Positions 1 through 14,095 of a stretch of 64,000 nt of DNA are shown piece by piece. The position numbers and the translations under genes are program-made. The notes beneath the pieces were generated by a model that worked only from the letters and a program-made list of their open reading frames with translations, had not been told where the DNA came from and searched no databases. Position 1 is the stretch's first letter; each line of letters opens with the position of its first letter. This DNA comes from Antedon mediterranea (Eukaryota; Animalia; Echinodermata), in contig NC_092675.1 in the NCBI RefSeq assembly GCF_964355755.1, positions 18,510,912-18,574,911 of the forward strand, read 5' to 3'.

Positions 1-3000
1 ACAAAAGTCAATCAAACATAATATCCTGAAAAAAATCAATTTAATTATGAGTAAGACAGCTGGCTTGCTCGTTTGAATGATGTCATCCGTATATTTCTAG
101 AAGCAAGTCTCCATAAAATAATATGAAGATTGGTGATCTCTATACATTCATGTTCTCATTAAAATTCGGTAGCAACTCATATGCCTAACGTTCAGAGTGA
201 CAAAGAAATTGTTCAAAATAACTAGATAAAATGTTTAAAGTATTTATTCGTTCAAAAAGAAACTTTACTATAAGTATTAAGTATAATTTAACATTTTTTG
301 CAGTTTTGTCAAAATAGTTCTATTTTTAGAACTTTGCAATTGTCTGAGGGCGCTATAGAACATCGATAACAGTCACAATCAATATTAATTATTACACTCG
401 ACAGACAAGCATACTGCTAACGGAGTATCAATTTACAAGTCCAAATATCCCCAGTATTTATTTTAAAATCGTGTTGAAGATCCGTATTGCCGTTCAATCC
501 AGGGTCCTAAAACTCTGCTTATTACCATTATTTTAAAAACTGCCACTCTGTAGAAAACGCAGTAAATATAGGTTAAGTGACAGTGTTACCTCAGGAGGCC
601 ATAACTATATATACACGAATATTGAATATTATTTAGTTATTACAATACCCACCTCGTTATGGATTAGTAGGACTTTGTCGGATTTGGAGAAGTTAACACT
701 CAAATCGTAAAAATCACCAATTTTAATGTCGGTGTTAATAAAAGTTAGACGGACTTAACCGGAACATTGTACGTACAGTATGTACGGTAAGTTTGGGCAT
801 ATATAAATTTAACTTAAATAATATAATTATAGAATTTCATTTTTATTCATTTTAGAAACCCCAGAATATCATACAGTTAAAAAGAATCTATGTTTTGAAT
901 TTTGCATAGAACAGCCAACATCTCAGTGATTTTATAAAAATATACTTTCAATTGTATTGACCCTGATTTTAGATTAATTGAAATTATAATGTCTAATTAG
1001 TACGAAAGTTTTAGTTATAATATAATTTCATTGAAAAAGGTATGAGCCTATGCCTTTAATGATAAAATAATGATATCGTACGAAAGCGTCATAACGCCTC
1101 TTGTCAAAAAAGAGTCAATACAATAATGCAACGGTGCCTGAGGATGTAAACAAATGTTACTGCTCGTATAGCGATTATTCTTAATTACAACTTCACTAAT
1201 TTAGACCAATACTATGTTACTACTAAATCACACAAGTAGAAACTTGAATGTCCAAAGTAATTAGGACATAATAAACTGCAAATTGTAATCTTGATTCTAT
1301 ACTTATCGCACTGCAGTAACAATGAGAAAATATTGGAGGAACACAGCTGTATGTTAGTGCAACGTTATTTAGTGTCGATTTCTGCAAACAAACCGTGAAT
1401 CATTTATTATATTATCATTGAGCTAAATTTCTCACACGCTATGAATTAATTAGTAGCGATCAAATATATCAACCACTTACAAAAGGTATAAATGTAACGT
1501 GAAACTCATTATTGTGTTTGTTTTTTGCTGCACGTTTTTCCAATAAAGACCTAAATTTATTTGTAATGGGCGGCCTAGTAACTCAATTTAACAACTTAGT
1601 GTATTTTGCCACCGGTAGGTAAACTTTTATACGAGACATACATATGTTGGTTCAGATTACGTATAAATAAGAGTTACATAATTAAAATGCCTTGTATTAC
1701 ACTAATAAGTAAATGATTAGTTTATGCACAGTAATCGTTTTCTTATTAAAAACTTCAAATCTTCCTAATTCCAAAACATTTTGTTAATGACAGTCAATAA
1801 TATTGCATTCCTTAAGCCTTTTGTTTTAAACAAATATTTATCTAAGCTTAGATGTGTGTGTACAATGACTGTTAATGTATCTCAACGTATCGAAAAACAG
1901 CACTTTTTGTTTGTTTTTTAGGCCTACGATTTTTTTTTAATGCATTTCTACTCCATTCTTAAAAAATGTATGTGAGTGGTGTAATTAGTATTAATACTAG
2001 AATAATATTATCTTATTATTCTTTTCTTTGGATTATTAAAGATAAGCAAGAATTACATTATATAAAAAGCACATTCTCTATAAATATTATTGTTGCGAAA
2101 CATATTAGAACATTCGCCTTGACCAAAGCTAATGCCAAAAGAAAATCATCAGCATGATTTTGTTTGTAGCTGCATAAGTTACAACTGTTTTGTTCTCATT
2201 CCAATCATCATCAATAACAATACATTAGTGGTTATATTACTAGAAATGAGAGAATTGCACATCGAATAAAATAGGACATTACAAGCTCTAAATCCAGAGC
2301 ATTCTTACTTATAGGTTTTCACTTGTAATATTTAGTTGCAACTATCAACTGGCTAATATACGGTATTATCAGATCTCGTTACAAAAGCTATTGTTCCTAT
2401 CAATTCATTTTATCATAAAGGAAATCAGCACGAGAAAGCAATTGATTGATGTCAAGAATGTGTAGAATTCAGTATTAATATACATCTGAACAGTTGAGCG
2501 CTTGAAACATTAGGTGAAATCTAGCTAGCCAAAATCCCTGTTTTAAGCGAATCTAGGATTAGTCTTTAAGATGTTTCCAAAGTCATGCTTAACGAGTAAC
2601 TTCAGAATTATAATTTCAATTGTTTATTGAAAAATATAAATCTTTGCAACAGTTTCTTAACTGAGGTGAAACAGAAAGAGCCTCTAGAATAACCCCATTT
2701 TAAAATGTGGTGCTACATGATGCTATAAGATAGAAATTTTACTGACTTACTTACAAGCGTCAGTCAGGTATAAGGTAACTAAAATCGTATTTTCTTAAGT
2801 GAAATTGATTCTTCAAATTTACAAAAAAATCCCAAAACAATGACAATTTTGGTAAATTTCCTATATATCTTTAAGGAAACGTTGCACTGTTTTAAAGGTG
2901 TAGCTTAAACCATTATCAATCACTTTATCGATATATTATTAGTCCTACAAAGTTTAATAATTGGACATTATTCAACAGTATTGATTATACGTACGTTTGA

Positions 3001-4876
3001 AAAGTCACTTTTGTGATTCAAATCTGTAACTGCTTACGTTGTGTATTAATGGATTTAAAGTGAAAAGCTGAAAATCTGCTCCACCAATTTACGAATAAAT
3101 TAGCATAAATTTTATCGGTACAAATTCATATAAAAATGTTTGATATTATTTTGAACGTATTTCCATAAATCAATATTGGTAAAAATCTCGACATATCTTT
3201 ATTATTAAAGGTGAAAACAATTATAGTAAGTGGAACATTTTGAATCTGAAACAATTAAATTGGTTTCGTTAATTAAGTAGGCCTATGTTACAACATAACT
3301 TTATTAAGGTTGATTAACAATTTAATCTATGTAAATTAATTAACACGGTAATGAATTATGCTGGAAGAGCGCCATCATGTTTATTCTTGTTTACATTTAC
3401 AAACCCTGATCATGATTATTAAATATTGTTCTCATATTCTTTCTCAATAGCGTCATTATTATCTTTATTTTCTATAATCATAATAATCACTGTCAAATCA
3501 TCAACCACATCCTCCATTAATTAGGCCGTTATTGCCTTCTTCTAATGATGTTATTTTAACAATTCACTTTGCATCGCATGTCATATGTACTCAGACAAAT
3601 AAATCGAATGATTTAAGAATAAACAAAGTGATGGCAAGGATATTGCTGATACAATAGTTCTGCCGATGGTTTACTATTTCGACAAAATACAATTTTCCTT
3701 GGCAAAATATTAACGGATCAAAAAATTGTAATAATCAAATACTGTCAAATAATATAATATAATTATAATTTTAAAATATTTCAGCCTCCTCCTAATATAA
3801 ATATAGACCTATACAATAAACCTATTAAAATCAAAGTTAGTTTTTACTTCTATAATTTAGGTATGTAACTCGAGTTATCATGTTGTTGACACGACGGACT
3901 TTTTATTTCCGTTTGCTCACACTCGGTAAATTTCCTGTCAAAATCAAGAACTGATTTATTTGAGTATAAATTTGTTCGTCTTAAGGCAGAGGCCATAAAC
4001 TAAGATCGTGTTAAGTTTATTCTTGAAACAAGTAATACCTACAAATCTATATGACGGTGTTGCCGAGGCAGAACTAAATATGATTGCAAAAGAAAAAAAG
4101 AGGAAGAAATACACGTTATAGTATGTCAGTACGTCTTATATCCCAAAGAAAAATAAACAAATCAGACTTAATATTATTTATCAGTTTTCTATACTGTATA
4201 CGAGTTCTTCTTGTATACTGGATTAAAAAAATAAATAAATAAAATCACGATTTTGTTACCAGTCAAATAATTGGTGAAAACCACTAGACATAAAGTAATT
4301 AACATCACTGATTATTACATTGGTCGTATCACTGCAACGAGGGAGCATTTTTACGAGCAATGCCTTGTAAGCCTGCAGTCATCTCGTCCAAGATTCTGAT
4401 CATTATGCCAGTATAACACACTAGCCATCACGGGCAAATTGAATCATAGCAAGAACATTCATTCTGACAAATTGTATTTAACGGCCAGGTTTAAGGCGGT
4501 CGTCATTACCTTAATTCAGTTAGGATAATTTTCAAACAGAAACGTTGATGGTGCAATTGATTTGCGTAAAGCTACCTGAGTCTAATCAGTTTCTCTAAAA
4601 ACACGAGCATCAACACGTTTAGAACATCAAGAGCTCACTTAAGAAGTTAAGCCGCAAAGTCTTGAAAATTCAAAGAGTAAAGACTATATGATTGGCATAG
4701 TTAATTAAAAGCATTGCTCATCAAGAAAGAACATCTCAGCTTCAAGAAGGACCCCCTACAATATCAATTGATAACTCGTGAGATTATGTACATTTCTGCG
4801 CATGTCTATAAGTTGGTAAATTTAGCGTCAGGATCGATTTGCAAGCGAGTAGCGCACACTCACGCGACTTTTCTTC

Positions 4877-5012
4877 TCAGTCCTTACGTCGTCGCTACAC
4901 ATCCACGTATTTGAACGGATTTTCCACGACTTACACAAACGTGTAATAATTGTTGTTTCGTATTTCTATTTCGTCGATTTCTGGACATCCTACGAACAAT
5001 CGGCAAAAAAAA
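4877..5012 (+). promoter_or_regulatory. Candidate TSS and non-coding first exon, possibly shared by VAChT and ChAT (R-exon-like)
   Basis: Initiator-like TCAGTC at 4877-4882 in a CpG-enriched patch (~4820-5005), ending at a consensus donor AA|GTAAGT (5013-5018). A shared first exon is the known architecture of cholinergic loci. No transcript evidence. Confidence 0.45.
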
Positions 5013-7805
5013 GTAAGTACAGCACAACTTTTTTATTTAAAGAAACGAAATTGCCTCAGTTAAACATTGACAAACACTATTCTCAAAAAGAATGGAAATA
5101 CAGTTTATAAATTTAAACCGGTCGAAGTTACATTTATGTTTTATATATATAATTCGGAAAAACTATGGCTATAAAACAACAGTACTTTCTTAATCTATAG
5201 AAGAAATAGGTCTCAACATTTCGCTGTGATCAAATAAAATACTCAATTAAATGAATGTAATTTATCGGCCCGTAGTAGAGTTTTTTTTATATAAAACGAA
5301 AAATTCAAGTAGACATTAACGAACCTGATACTCTATTTATTCAAACATTTCTGTCACACTTGTGACCTTTGGCAAAAGTGTAATGATTGTATATAATATT
5401 ATAGGTCTATAAATAAATTACATAGTACTAAAGTGTGTATTTTAATACATACATTTTGGTATAATATATCTCAAGAGTTTTGCCAATAGCTAAAATACTC
5501 GATTACAAAATGCATGTCAACTTTGTTTTCTGTCAATGTTTATGCAACAGTATAATATAACTTTATTAATTATTATGTAGTGTAGAAAATATAGTTTAAT
5601 CGTACTTTATAGGATTAAGATTAATTTAAATGTAGTATCACTGACAGTATATAATATATTGTTGAGCGTTTTAGTATTTCTTTACAAAATTTGACTATAC
5701 TGTAATTAGGGAGCCGTACACAGAAAAACTATATTATTTTATTGAATTGGAATCAATGCAATGAGACGCTACCAAAGCAACGTAATTTCATGATCGTTCA
5801 AATTGGCTTAAATAACAACAGTTTAATAAGCTAAATTGACAGAATGGTATTGTTTTATCAAGAGAACTCGCGTCTGATGTGTCTTATATTACCAATTTGA
5901 ATAAATCTATACGGCAACCGTAAGAATAACGTTTCAAAGAAAGAATTCAAGTTAACATACAACATAACTGATTAATTTTTTTTAAACTTCGTAATATAGC
6001 ACCATTTTGAAAAAGAAATATGTCGAAGGTGATGGTAAGTGATTGTAGAAATCAATATTTCCGCAAAATTTTCAATTTAGTGCCTTTCAATTTATTCAAA
6101 TAAGATAAATGAGTTGAATTACATATTGTATTACATTTTATCAATGGTGATCAAGAAATGATAAAAACTCGAGTACTAGTATGTTTTTGATACTATAGTG
6201 TTTGTCTTGGAAGAAACATCGATTTTTAACGGTCATAGAAAAATAATGAAACTTATTTGCATAATTGATGAGCATCGGTTGTTTGAGCATTAACCCCCAA
6301 TTATCGATGATCAATTTAATTAGTGACGTCACCAACCTGAAACCGATTTTAGCATAGTCATTGGCAGCAGGGACAAGACAGTGTGTGAATAAGATATAAA
6401 AAACTTATTTCTTTTCTAAAATGTCGAAGCAAACTAAGTTGACTAAAAACCTAATGTTAACTTATACATTTAGTGAGTGGAATCATGATGGATGTGTATT
6501 AAAATAATAGGCCTACAATACGCAATAATCTTATCTTCTTATAAGAAAATTGATTCATTTTAAAATAGCCTATAAACGTATTACAAACGATAGAATTTAA
6601 ACATTATGCATTCAGAATTTAAATTAAGTGAAACCGTTTTGTACCGTAATAAGTTATTGTTTTTTTGTCATAAAATTACTAGTCATGGTTTTAGCATGGA
6701 GTGATTCCATCAGTTTAGTCTGAGTCTTCTCTTCATGCCAGTATTTATCAAGTAAAGTGTTCTCAAACTAGCTTGACAAAATTAATCAGAACATCTTAAA
6801 TCAATGTAAGTGCGATGGATAGCCAAGCATCATAGCTCAGTATTGACATAAGGAATTCAATTCATCAATTTTAGAAAGACTCTATAATTAATTTAGTCAG
6901 TCAGTTTCCGACAATTGCTTCAGTTAAACATCGTGTGTATAGTTATCCTAGTTAGTTTGATAATTGGTCGAAGCCAATGGGATGCCTGCGAATTGCCACA
7001 CGAGTGGCGTGTTAATTTACGGAAGAGGAGTGAGATGATTACAGGCAGACAATAAACAAGAATGGAGCAAGAGGGTCTCCTTGAACTACGCCAACCAATG
7101 CGCGCCGGTGTTAGAATAACAATGCGGTAAATGAATTCGTGTCACATCGTCCCATAAATCTTCACAGATGATAACATTCATTTACTTTGACAACAATCTA
7201 AATATAGGTAACGCTGTGTAAGAAACTTTCAACAACATTTATGAAACTTGAAATGATACACAATGTATTCTGTAATAATGATAATAATGAATAATTTATT
7301 AGCAAAATCTCAAATATTTTGTTTATCGTCTATTAATATGTTTTTATCTTTCGTGAATGTATGTACAAACAACCACATTATTCTTCACTAGATTTTCCGT
7401 TTTGTTTTAACTTTTTACAATTTACATTCTTGCCCAAGTACAGTACCTTTCATAATACTCGCTAACTCTTATTGAGAAGCGATGTTATCAATAGTTTAGT
7501 TGGAAATCTAAAAATTGTTTAGTTCATACACAATCATTCCATGATGAAACACACTCACAATTTAGCAAAATTCTAAAAGTATTCTTTCCCGTAACTCACA
7601 ATTACGAGGTAGTGCATTCGTATATGACTGTGGAAGCAATGAAACATCAACCTCCTGTGTCATGTGTTCATTCATTTGAATTTGTCAAAAAGTCGAGAAA
7701 GTTTTGAAAAAATAATATGATTGTAGTAATTCTTTAACACTCCTTAATCTATCAATGTATCAATCTCTTACATTCTGAGTACAGTTGTGACTAATACTAC
7801 ATTAA

Positions 7806-8062
7806 GTGGAGTGGAGTTGTGGCCTGGTGGTTATGATGCAAGGGTCCTGGGTTCAAGTCCTGTCATATGTCAGGATTTTTTCTAATGACAATTTACAACT
7901 CCACTCCCAAAGACTTGTAATAAAGACTTTGTTTATGTAGAGCATTGTGTGTATATGTTTGTCTCGTGAACGGATTGCCACCTTTAAGAAGGAGTGATTG
8001 AATTTGCTTATGGTTATCCTTGGCAATTTGCCTAAATATATAAAAAATAAAATAAAATAAAA
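7806..8062 (+). mobile_element. Degraded tRNA-derived SINE
   Basis: A-box-like TGGCCTGGTGG and B-box GGTTCAAGTCC near the 5' end; (AAAAT)n tail at ~8042-8062. Confidence 0.55.
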
Positions 8063-8279
8063 TTAATTTCTTTTCGTAATCATTGTTTCTTTAATTTTAA
8101 ACCTAAATAATCAATTTCTTTCTTCGTTAACTTTTATTGTACTTTTTCCAAAAAGTCAACAAGTTTTGACAAAATTAATTTAGTATCACTACACCATTTC
8201 TTAACTATAATCAACAGGAAAAAGTAAAAAAAAACTTTTATAAATATAACAGAAAATATAGTCCTATTCCTCAACTCAT

Positions 8280-8525
8280 TGTTGCATCAAACTAAATTAA
8301 TAATACGAATTGTGACTTATACTTTAATTTTCTTTCTTCTCATTTTGTATTAAAAAAAACAAACTAGTCCATTTCTTAATTTCTTAAAGGAAGCAAACCA
8401 GTCAAAGAAACTTTTGAAAAATGTAAGAGAAATTGCTGCATCAAATTAAGATTGTGACTTAGGCCTAATGTAACTTTTTTCTCATTTTGTATTATCAATT
8501 TTTTAAACAGTCCATTTCCTAATTA
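8280..8525. repeat. Degenerate ~155-bp tandem duplication
   Basis: Blocks TGCATCAAA, ATTGTGACTTA, TTCTCATTTTGTATT and AGTCCATTTC recur in the same order twice. Confidence 0.5.
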
Positions 8526-11500
8526 AACACTAACCGACAATTCTTTTATATCTGCGATATGAATTACAGAACTGATGCTGCATATCGATGAGATAATATC
8601 TACGAATGGTTCTACTTCAGCGTAAATTGATTTGAACTTATCCTTACATTCACAATAATGAGTGAGTTGTTCCTCTAGGGAGATAATAGTATTCGCTGGG
8701 TGAATCGTCCTCAATATCCGTTATTGATTTACGTCTCTAACGTTTCCCAATAATGCACTCGTTTTGAGAGCTGAATAAACATGGAACACAACCTTAGGTG
8801 GTTTATGTATTATTGTATCTTTCTCTTGTGAAATACTTAGAGAGTAATTAGGAGAACAAGAAAGTAAATGCTGACAATGTTTGAATTAGTAACATGTGAA
8901 CAATCACGAAAAAAGAACACAGCTAAACTGAATATACACGTTTCTTTAAGCCAACAATCGGTTAGATTTACAATAATTACTTTTTATAGGCCATACATTT
9001 TGCACTTTTAAGGCTGATTATACAATTAAAAATGTCACAACGCATTTGTTTATGCTGTGATTTAATGAGTTATTAAAATTACATAGTAAGACAAACAAAG
9101 GCTAATACGTTAATGTTTCATTATAATATAACAACATTTTACATTCAGTTTTGAAAAATGGTTCTTTTCTAGGCTAATATTGAAAAACAAAGGTATATGT
9201 TTTTCCCTTAAATTCGTCTTTTTAGTCATTTGTAATTGAATCTGCTTTCTCTTTCAACATTTTTATTTAAGAGCTATGCAATCATGAATCATGCAAATTT
9301 GACATTACATTTAGGTTTAAAAAATGCAATTGAAAAATATAACCAAATCTATAATTGAAATGCAAATTAGCGGTCATCGTCATTTGACACGACCTTTGAT
9401 CTAATTATCATCGTCACAGGTGGATATTATCGTCACGTGGGAGATGAATAGCGCAATCATATTTCCCTCGTGGGTAATTTAAGTCCCGTACAATATAGAG
9501 ACATCAGATTTCATCAATGAATTACATTCTGAACAAGCAACTAGATTGCATTTTTTATGCACCTAACTTAGACACTTTACAAGAAGAATCAAGAAATGTA
9601 TTTAGCAATAACGCGAATGATATCAGTAGCTGAATAATTACAGATAGCAAGTGTCCGTTACGGGTAATAAATATTTAGATATTTCAGTGCGCATATAGCG
9701 CTGACGTTCCGTGATATAAATCTTGAACTTTGCATTAAGAAAAAAAAAACAAAAACATAGCAGTTTTACAACAACCTGCACCTTTTTTCCTAAAAAAAAT
9801 ACATTTGAAATGAAAATTACCTTAAACAATACAAGCTACTAATAACTACTGTATAATAACAAATAAATCAATGGTACAAAATAAGTTTGTTATGATTACA
9901 ATAACAATAACAACAGAGGCCTATTTGTATGTCTAATTTTAAGAGTAGATGTGACTATGCATAGTATGATATTGATATAACAAAAGTTGTTTTAAAGAAG
10001 ATTATACGTTTTATTTTATGTCGTTTTTTTTTTCAAAATAAAATATTATCGAATTTATACCAATGATTTATAGCACCGATGTCCGGCCGTTACCTTGATC
10101 GTTAAAATAGTCTTCAATGGAAATCTACAATTTCGCATCTCTGATTTGGATTTATATTTTGCATAAATGTCAAAATATAAAACCAACATAATACGTTGGT
10201 TTATTTTATGATGCAATATTACCTAACGTATACAATAAAAAAGCAAAAAAATATATATATATAAATCTGTGATTGTTAAGATTAAAATACCATGTTACCC
10301 CGCAACTGTTATTCGTTTGTGCAACATAAATTACACGTGCGTATTCGTATTTTTGCACGCAGTCTCTTTTTAAACTAAGTGCATTTCAAAATAAAATTAG
10401 TCATTTTACTTCCCATGATAACTTAATACCTAACACTTATACGTTATTATTGTTAGGATAGATATCAGGTCCTAATCTTTTATGCAAAGTACAAAATTAG
10501 ATGATTTGTACTTTCTAAAGTTTATTGTTGAGTTAATGGAAAGTTAAAGTAAATTATTGAGAGTTTCTCGTAAAATGTCTATGTTACCAACAGGATTAAA
10601 TTACAGATACAATTTAGTAAAATAAATAAATCAAATAATGTATGATCATTTTGTCTTAATTAAGATTCTTCAAAACATGTTATGGAAGTATATATATATT
10701 TGTAATTATGAACTTTCTTTTCTCGAGGCCCCAGGGAAATGTTATCGTATTCTGGGTCGAGTTGAAGAAATAAAATTAAAATACAAGCAAATGGTATTTT
10801 AGATTTTGAAGATGTGTAATATAACATTCTTCAATTATTGAAAACTTGACAAACTACGAATAAGGCCATTGAAATTCACCATTGGAATTCGAAAGCAATT
10901 CGTTTACATATCAACTGTTGACTCGACCCCTATTTGTGACAGATAATATTATCATTATTAAATGCTTTATATTCTTAACATTCAACAAACGTGACCTTTT
11001 AAAAATAACAATACATTACATAAATGGATTAGAAAACATATAATATATTCAATGTATGGCAAGCGACCATAATTTACAAAGTTGGAAATAAACTATGCCA
11101 GGAACGTTTTAAACAATCTAGAAAGTTGAATATTGTGATACAGTGTGTTAACTTTATTTTAACTTCACTATCGCAGGTTTAAACGACCCTTTCTAATACA
11201 CACAATGATGAACAGTCAGTATTATTAGCAATATGTTATATTAATGTGTTAACATCAAAAAGCGTTGTTGTTTTTCTAAATTCTTGCTTACCACTTTAGT
11301 TCTCCTACACGTCCATGGATAACTAATCATAATAAGGTTTCATACAATTTATATTAAAAGTTTTTTATAAACGTATGTTCTTTTGTTCTAATTATAAACA
11401 TAATATTATATAATAAGAAGAAAACAGAACATAATGACGACACTTTTCCATTTTTAAATTGAAAATTTGAAATAAAATACAAACTAAACCCCATACATTA

Positions 11501-14019
11501 TAAAAGTATTAAAACTGTTACAAAAATGATTTATTATTTTCAATTTTAAATATGCATAACTGTTGTAAGTAGTAAAATCACAGTAATTGTATACAATTTT
11601 AAAAACATGCACTATAAATATTTTACTATACTGTGGTGCGCGTCATTAATTGTATATCTATAATTACACGATAAAATATATGATGGTACTTTTCTGTTGC
11701 ATAATAGTTGTAATCCTATTAATAATTCATTAGAAAATTCAATTAATTACCTAATGGTTGTAATATCGAAGAATAAGATCCTTAGTAATAATTAGAAAAA
11801 TACAAAATAGCTTAATTAGCAACAATAACCGTAATTATTCACAAAAACAAATCAATACAAATGAACAGCAATTACCAATAAACGTCAATAACTGTAGTCA
11901 CTCATTCGAATGATCTAAGCAAGGTCATTGAATTGTAGGCGATCCATCGCAATCAGACAGAAAACTAAATTATTCCATCAGATTCGATCAGTTTCTGTCC
12001 GAAGCAAAGACAAGGAGAATTGAGTAAAGTAATTTGATTCCAAAACTGATAAAAACCATGAGATTACTTATTTAAAAAAATCAACCATTTTTGCCTTAAT
12101 TTCACAACAAATAAAATATTACTGTGATGCATAACGTAGCCAAGATAACAAAGATTTATTTTGTTGTTTGTATACGTCTTACAGATTTTAATATTGATAT
12201 GTGTTATTTTAAAGAAAATGAATAGCTGTTAAGATAGGTTAATTCAACACTTATGAAACCTTTCCTAAACACGTTTGCATTTAAATAAAAGTAAATTCGT
12301 TTTATATCTGGAAATGTTACCGTGTTGATAAAAAGTCACTTTAAACAATAATGAATTCAGTTAAAATGTATACCATTTGTCATATCTCAATTTTCCAGGT
12401 TTTTTCTGGTTCAACTACCAGGAAACCTAATTGTAATATTATTGTAACACATTACTAATAATATTTTTTGTCCCTTAAACCCGGGATATCAAGCTAGAAT
12501 GTAGAGTAATACACGGTATTATGGGAATCATTATTTTCAATTATACTTGCAAGATATGCTTTTATATGTTAATTTCAAAACTATTATCAATCAATACGAC
12601 AATTTAAACGAACAATAGTTTGTTTTACTTGTATTTTGTAAACAATGGGGAGAAAATAGGATTCTGTTCTGCTTAGTATTTTTTATACGATTTGCTTGTT
12701 TAATCAATACATGTGTCATTGTCTCTTATACAACCATTGTACTAATATACATATACCATTATAATTTTAGTCGGATATTGTAAATGAAGCTGTAAAAGGT
12801 AGAAATGAGTATATGAAGGTTAGATTATTCTAAAGGCAAATTACTCAAAATGAAATGATGTGGGTCATTTATAAGAAAAATAATATGATTTATATAAGCC
12901 TACTATGTATACACTGCTGACTATTCTGGCAATTATTTTGAAGAATAATAAATTCTATTATTATTTTTCATTTTGACAATATCTAACAGCAAATACATTT
13001 TACTGGATTGGAAACCCCATGCTTTCTGATTATATAAAATGAGTTAGTGGCCATCATAACAATCCTGGAACTGTGGCAGGATTTTAAACAAGGACTGGGA
13101 TTGGTAAGCTAGCATGTCAACCATCATGCCACAGTTTCACTTATAACATTTAATTAATATTAAGCATTAACAAACAAAATGAAAGAACATGTAAAATGAT
13201 AAATTTGTGCTTATTTTGTGTTTTTTTTCTAAACTTAGATCAAATCAGTTACCCACAGCATTGTTTTTTTCCTTTTAGATAATATGTTGATACTAAACAA
13301 TGTTATGAATATTATAAGATTTTGTTTTAATCTTCCAAAATTTAATAGAAATACAACAGGCAATTTGAAGAACTATTGACAGTACATTATTCTAAAGGTT
13401 ATTCAGTGTAAGAATACAGTTTCTGATGTAATGATAAACTCCCATCGATATTATCACTCGGCACACTACCGGCGGCCACACTGGGCGCCAAGTGCAATGC
13501 ATATGACCAACTCCTCAATTGAGTTATTTCTGTCTCTCAATTGCACCTCAAGGTTTAAATTAAGCCGTTGGAAACCATTACTATAGTAAATTTCAACGAA
13601 CATTATTCACTTTGGTAGTCAACCAAATACTCCCACACTGAAACTCTTTCTCTTAGACAAATCCATAATTTCATTAGTTGCTTTCATCTTCATCGTTGTT
13701 ATTGGGAATCAATTGGCTCTCCGATTATGCTTAAAGCAATATATAGAAATAACATTACCCCTTCATATCTCTCCCAATAAGTTGATTCTGGTACAGAATG
13801 TTTATGATATAGGCCTAGGCTTACGAATATTTAAACAAAATATTTAGAAAGGTTTTAGACTATTTATGTATATTAAAAGTACAGCATTTCTGCAGACAGG
13901 AACGTGTATAACTTGCTATAGTTTTATAGATAGATACCTCTTGACAGTAGCAGAATCGGCTGATTATTATCTTACTATTATTGTCTTGCTTAAAAATACT
14001 TCTTTATTCATAGAATATG

Positions 14020-14095
14020 ATGTGAAGCGCCTTTGAGCATGAGTTTTCATGAAAAGGGCGCTATAGAAATCTGGTAAATAAATAAATAAATAAAT
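14020..14095 (+). mobile_element. 3' tail remnant of an L2/CR1-group LINE or partner SINE
   Basis: GTGAAGCGCCTTTGAG...AAAAGGGCGCTATAGAAAT stem-loop followed by (TAAA)n, resembling L2-type 3' ends. Confidence 0.55.
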
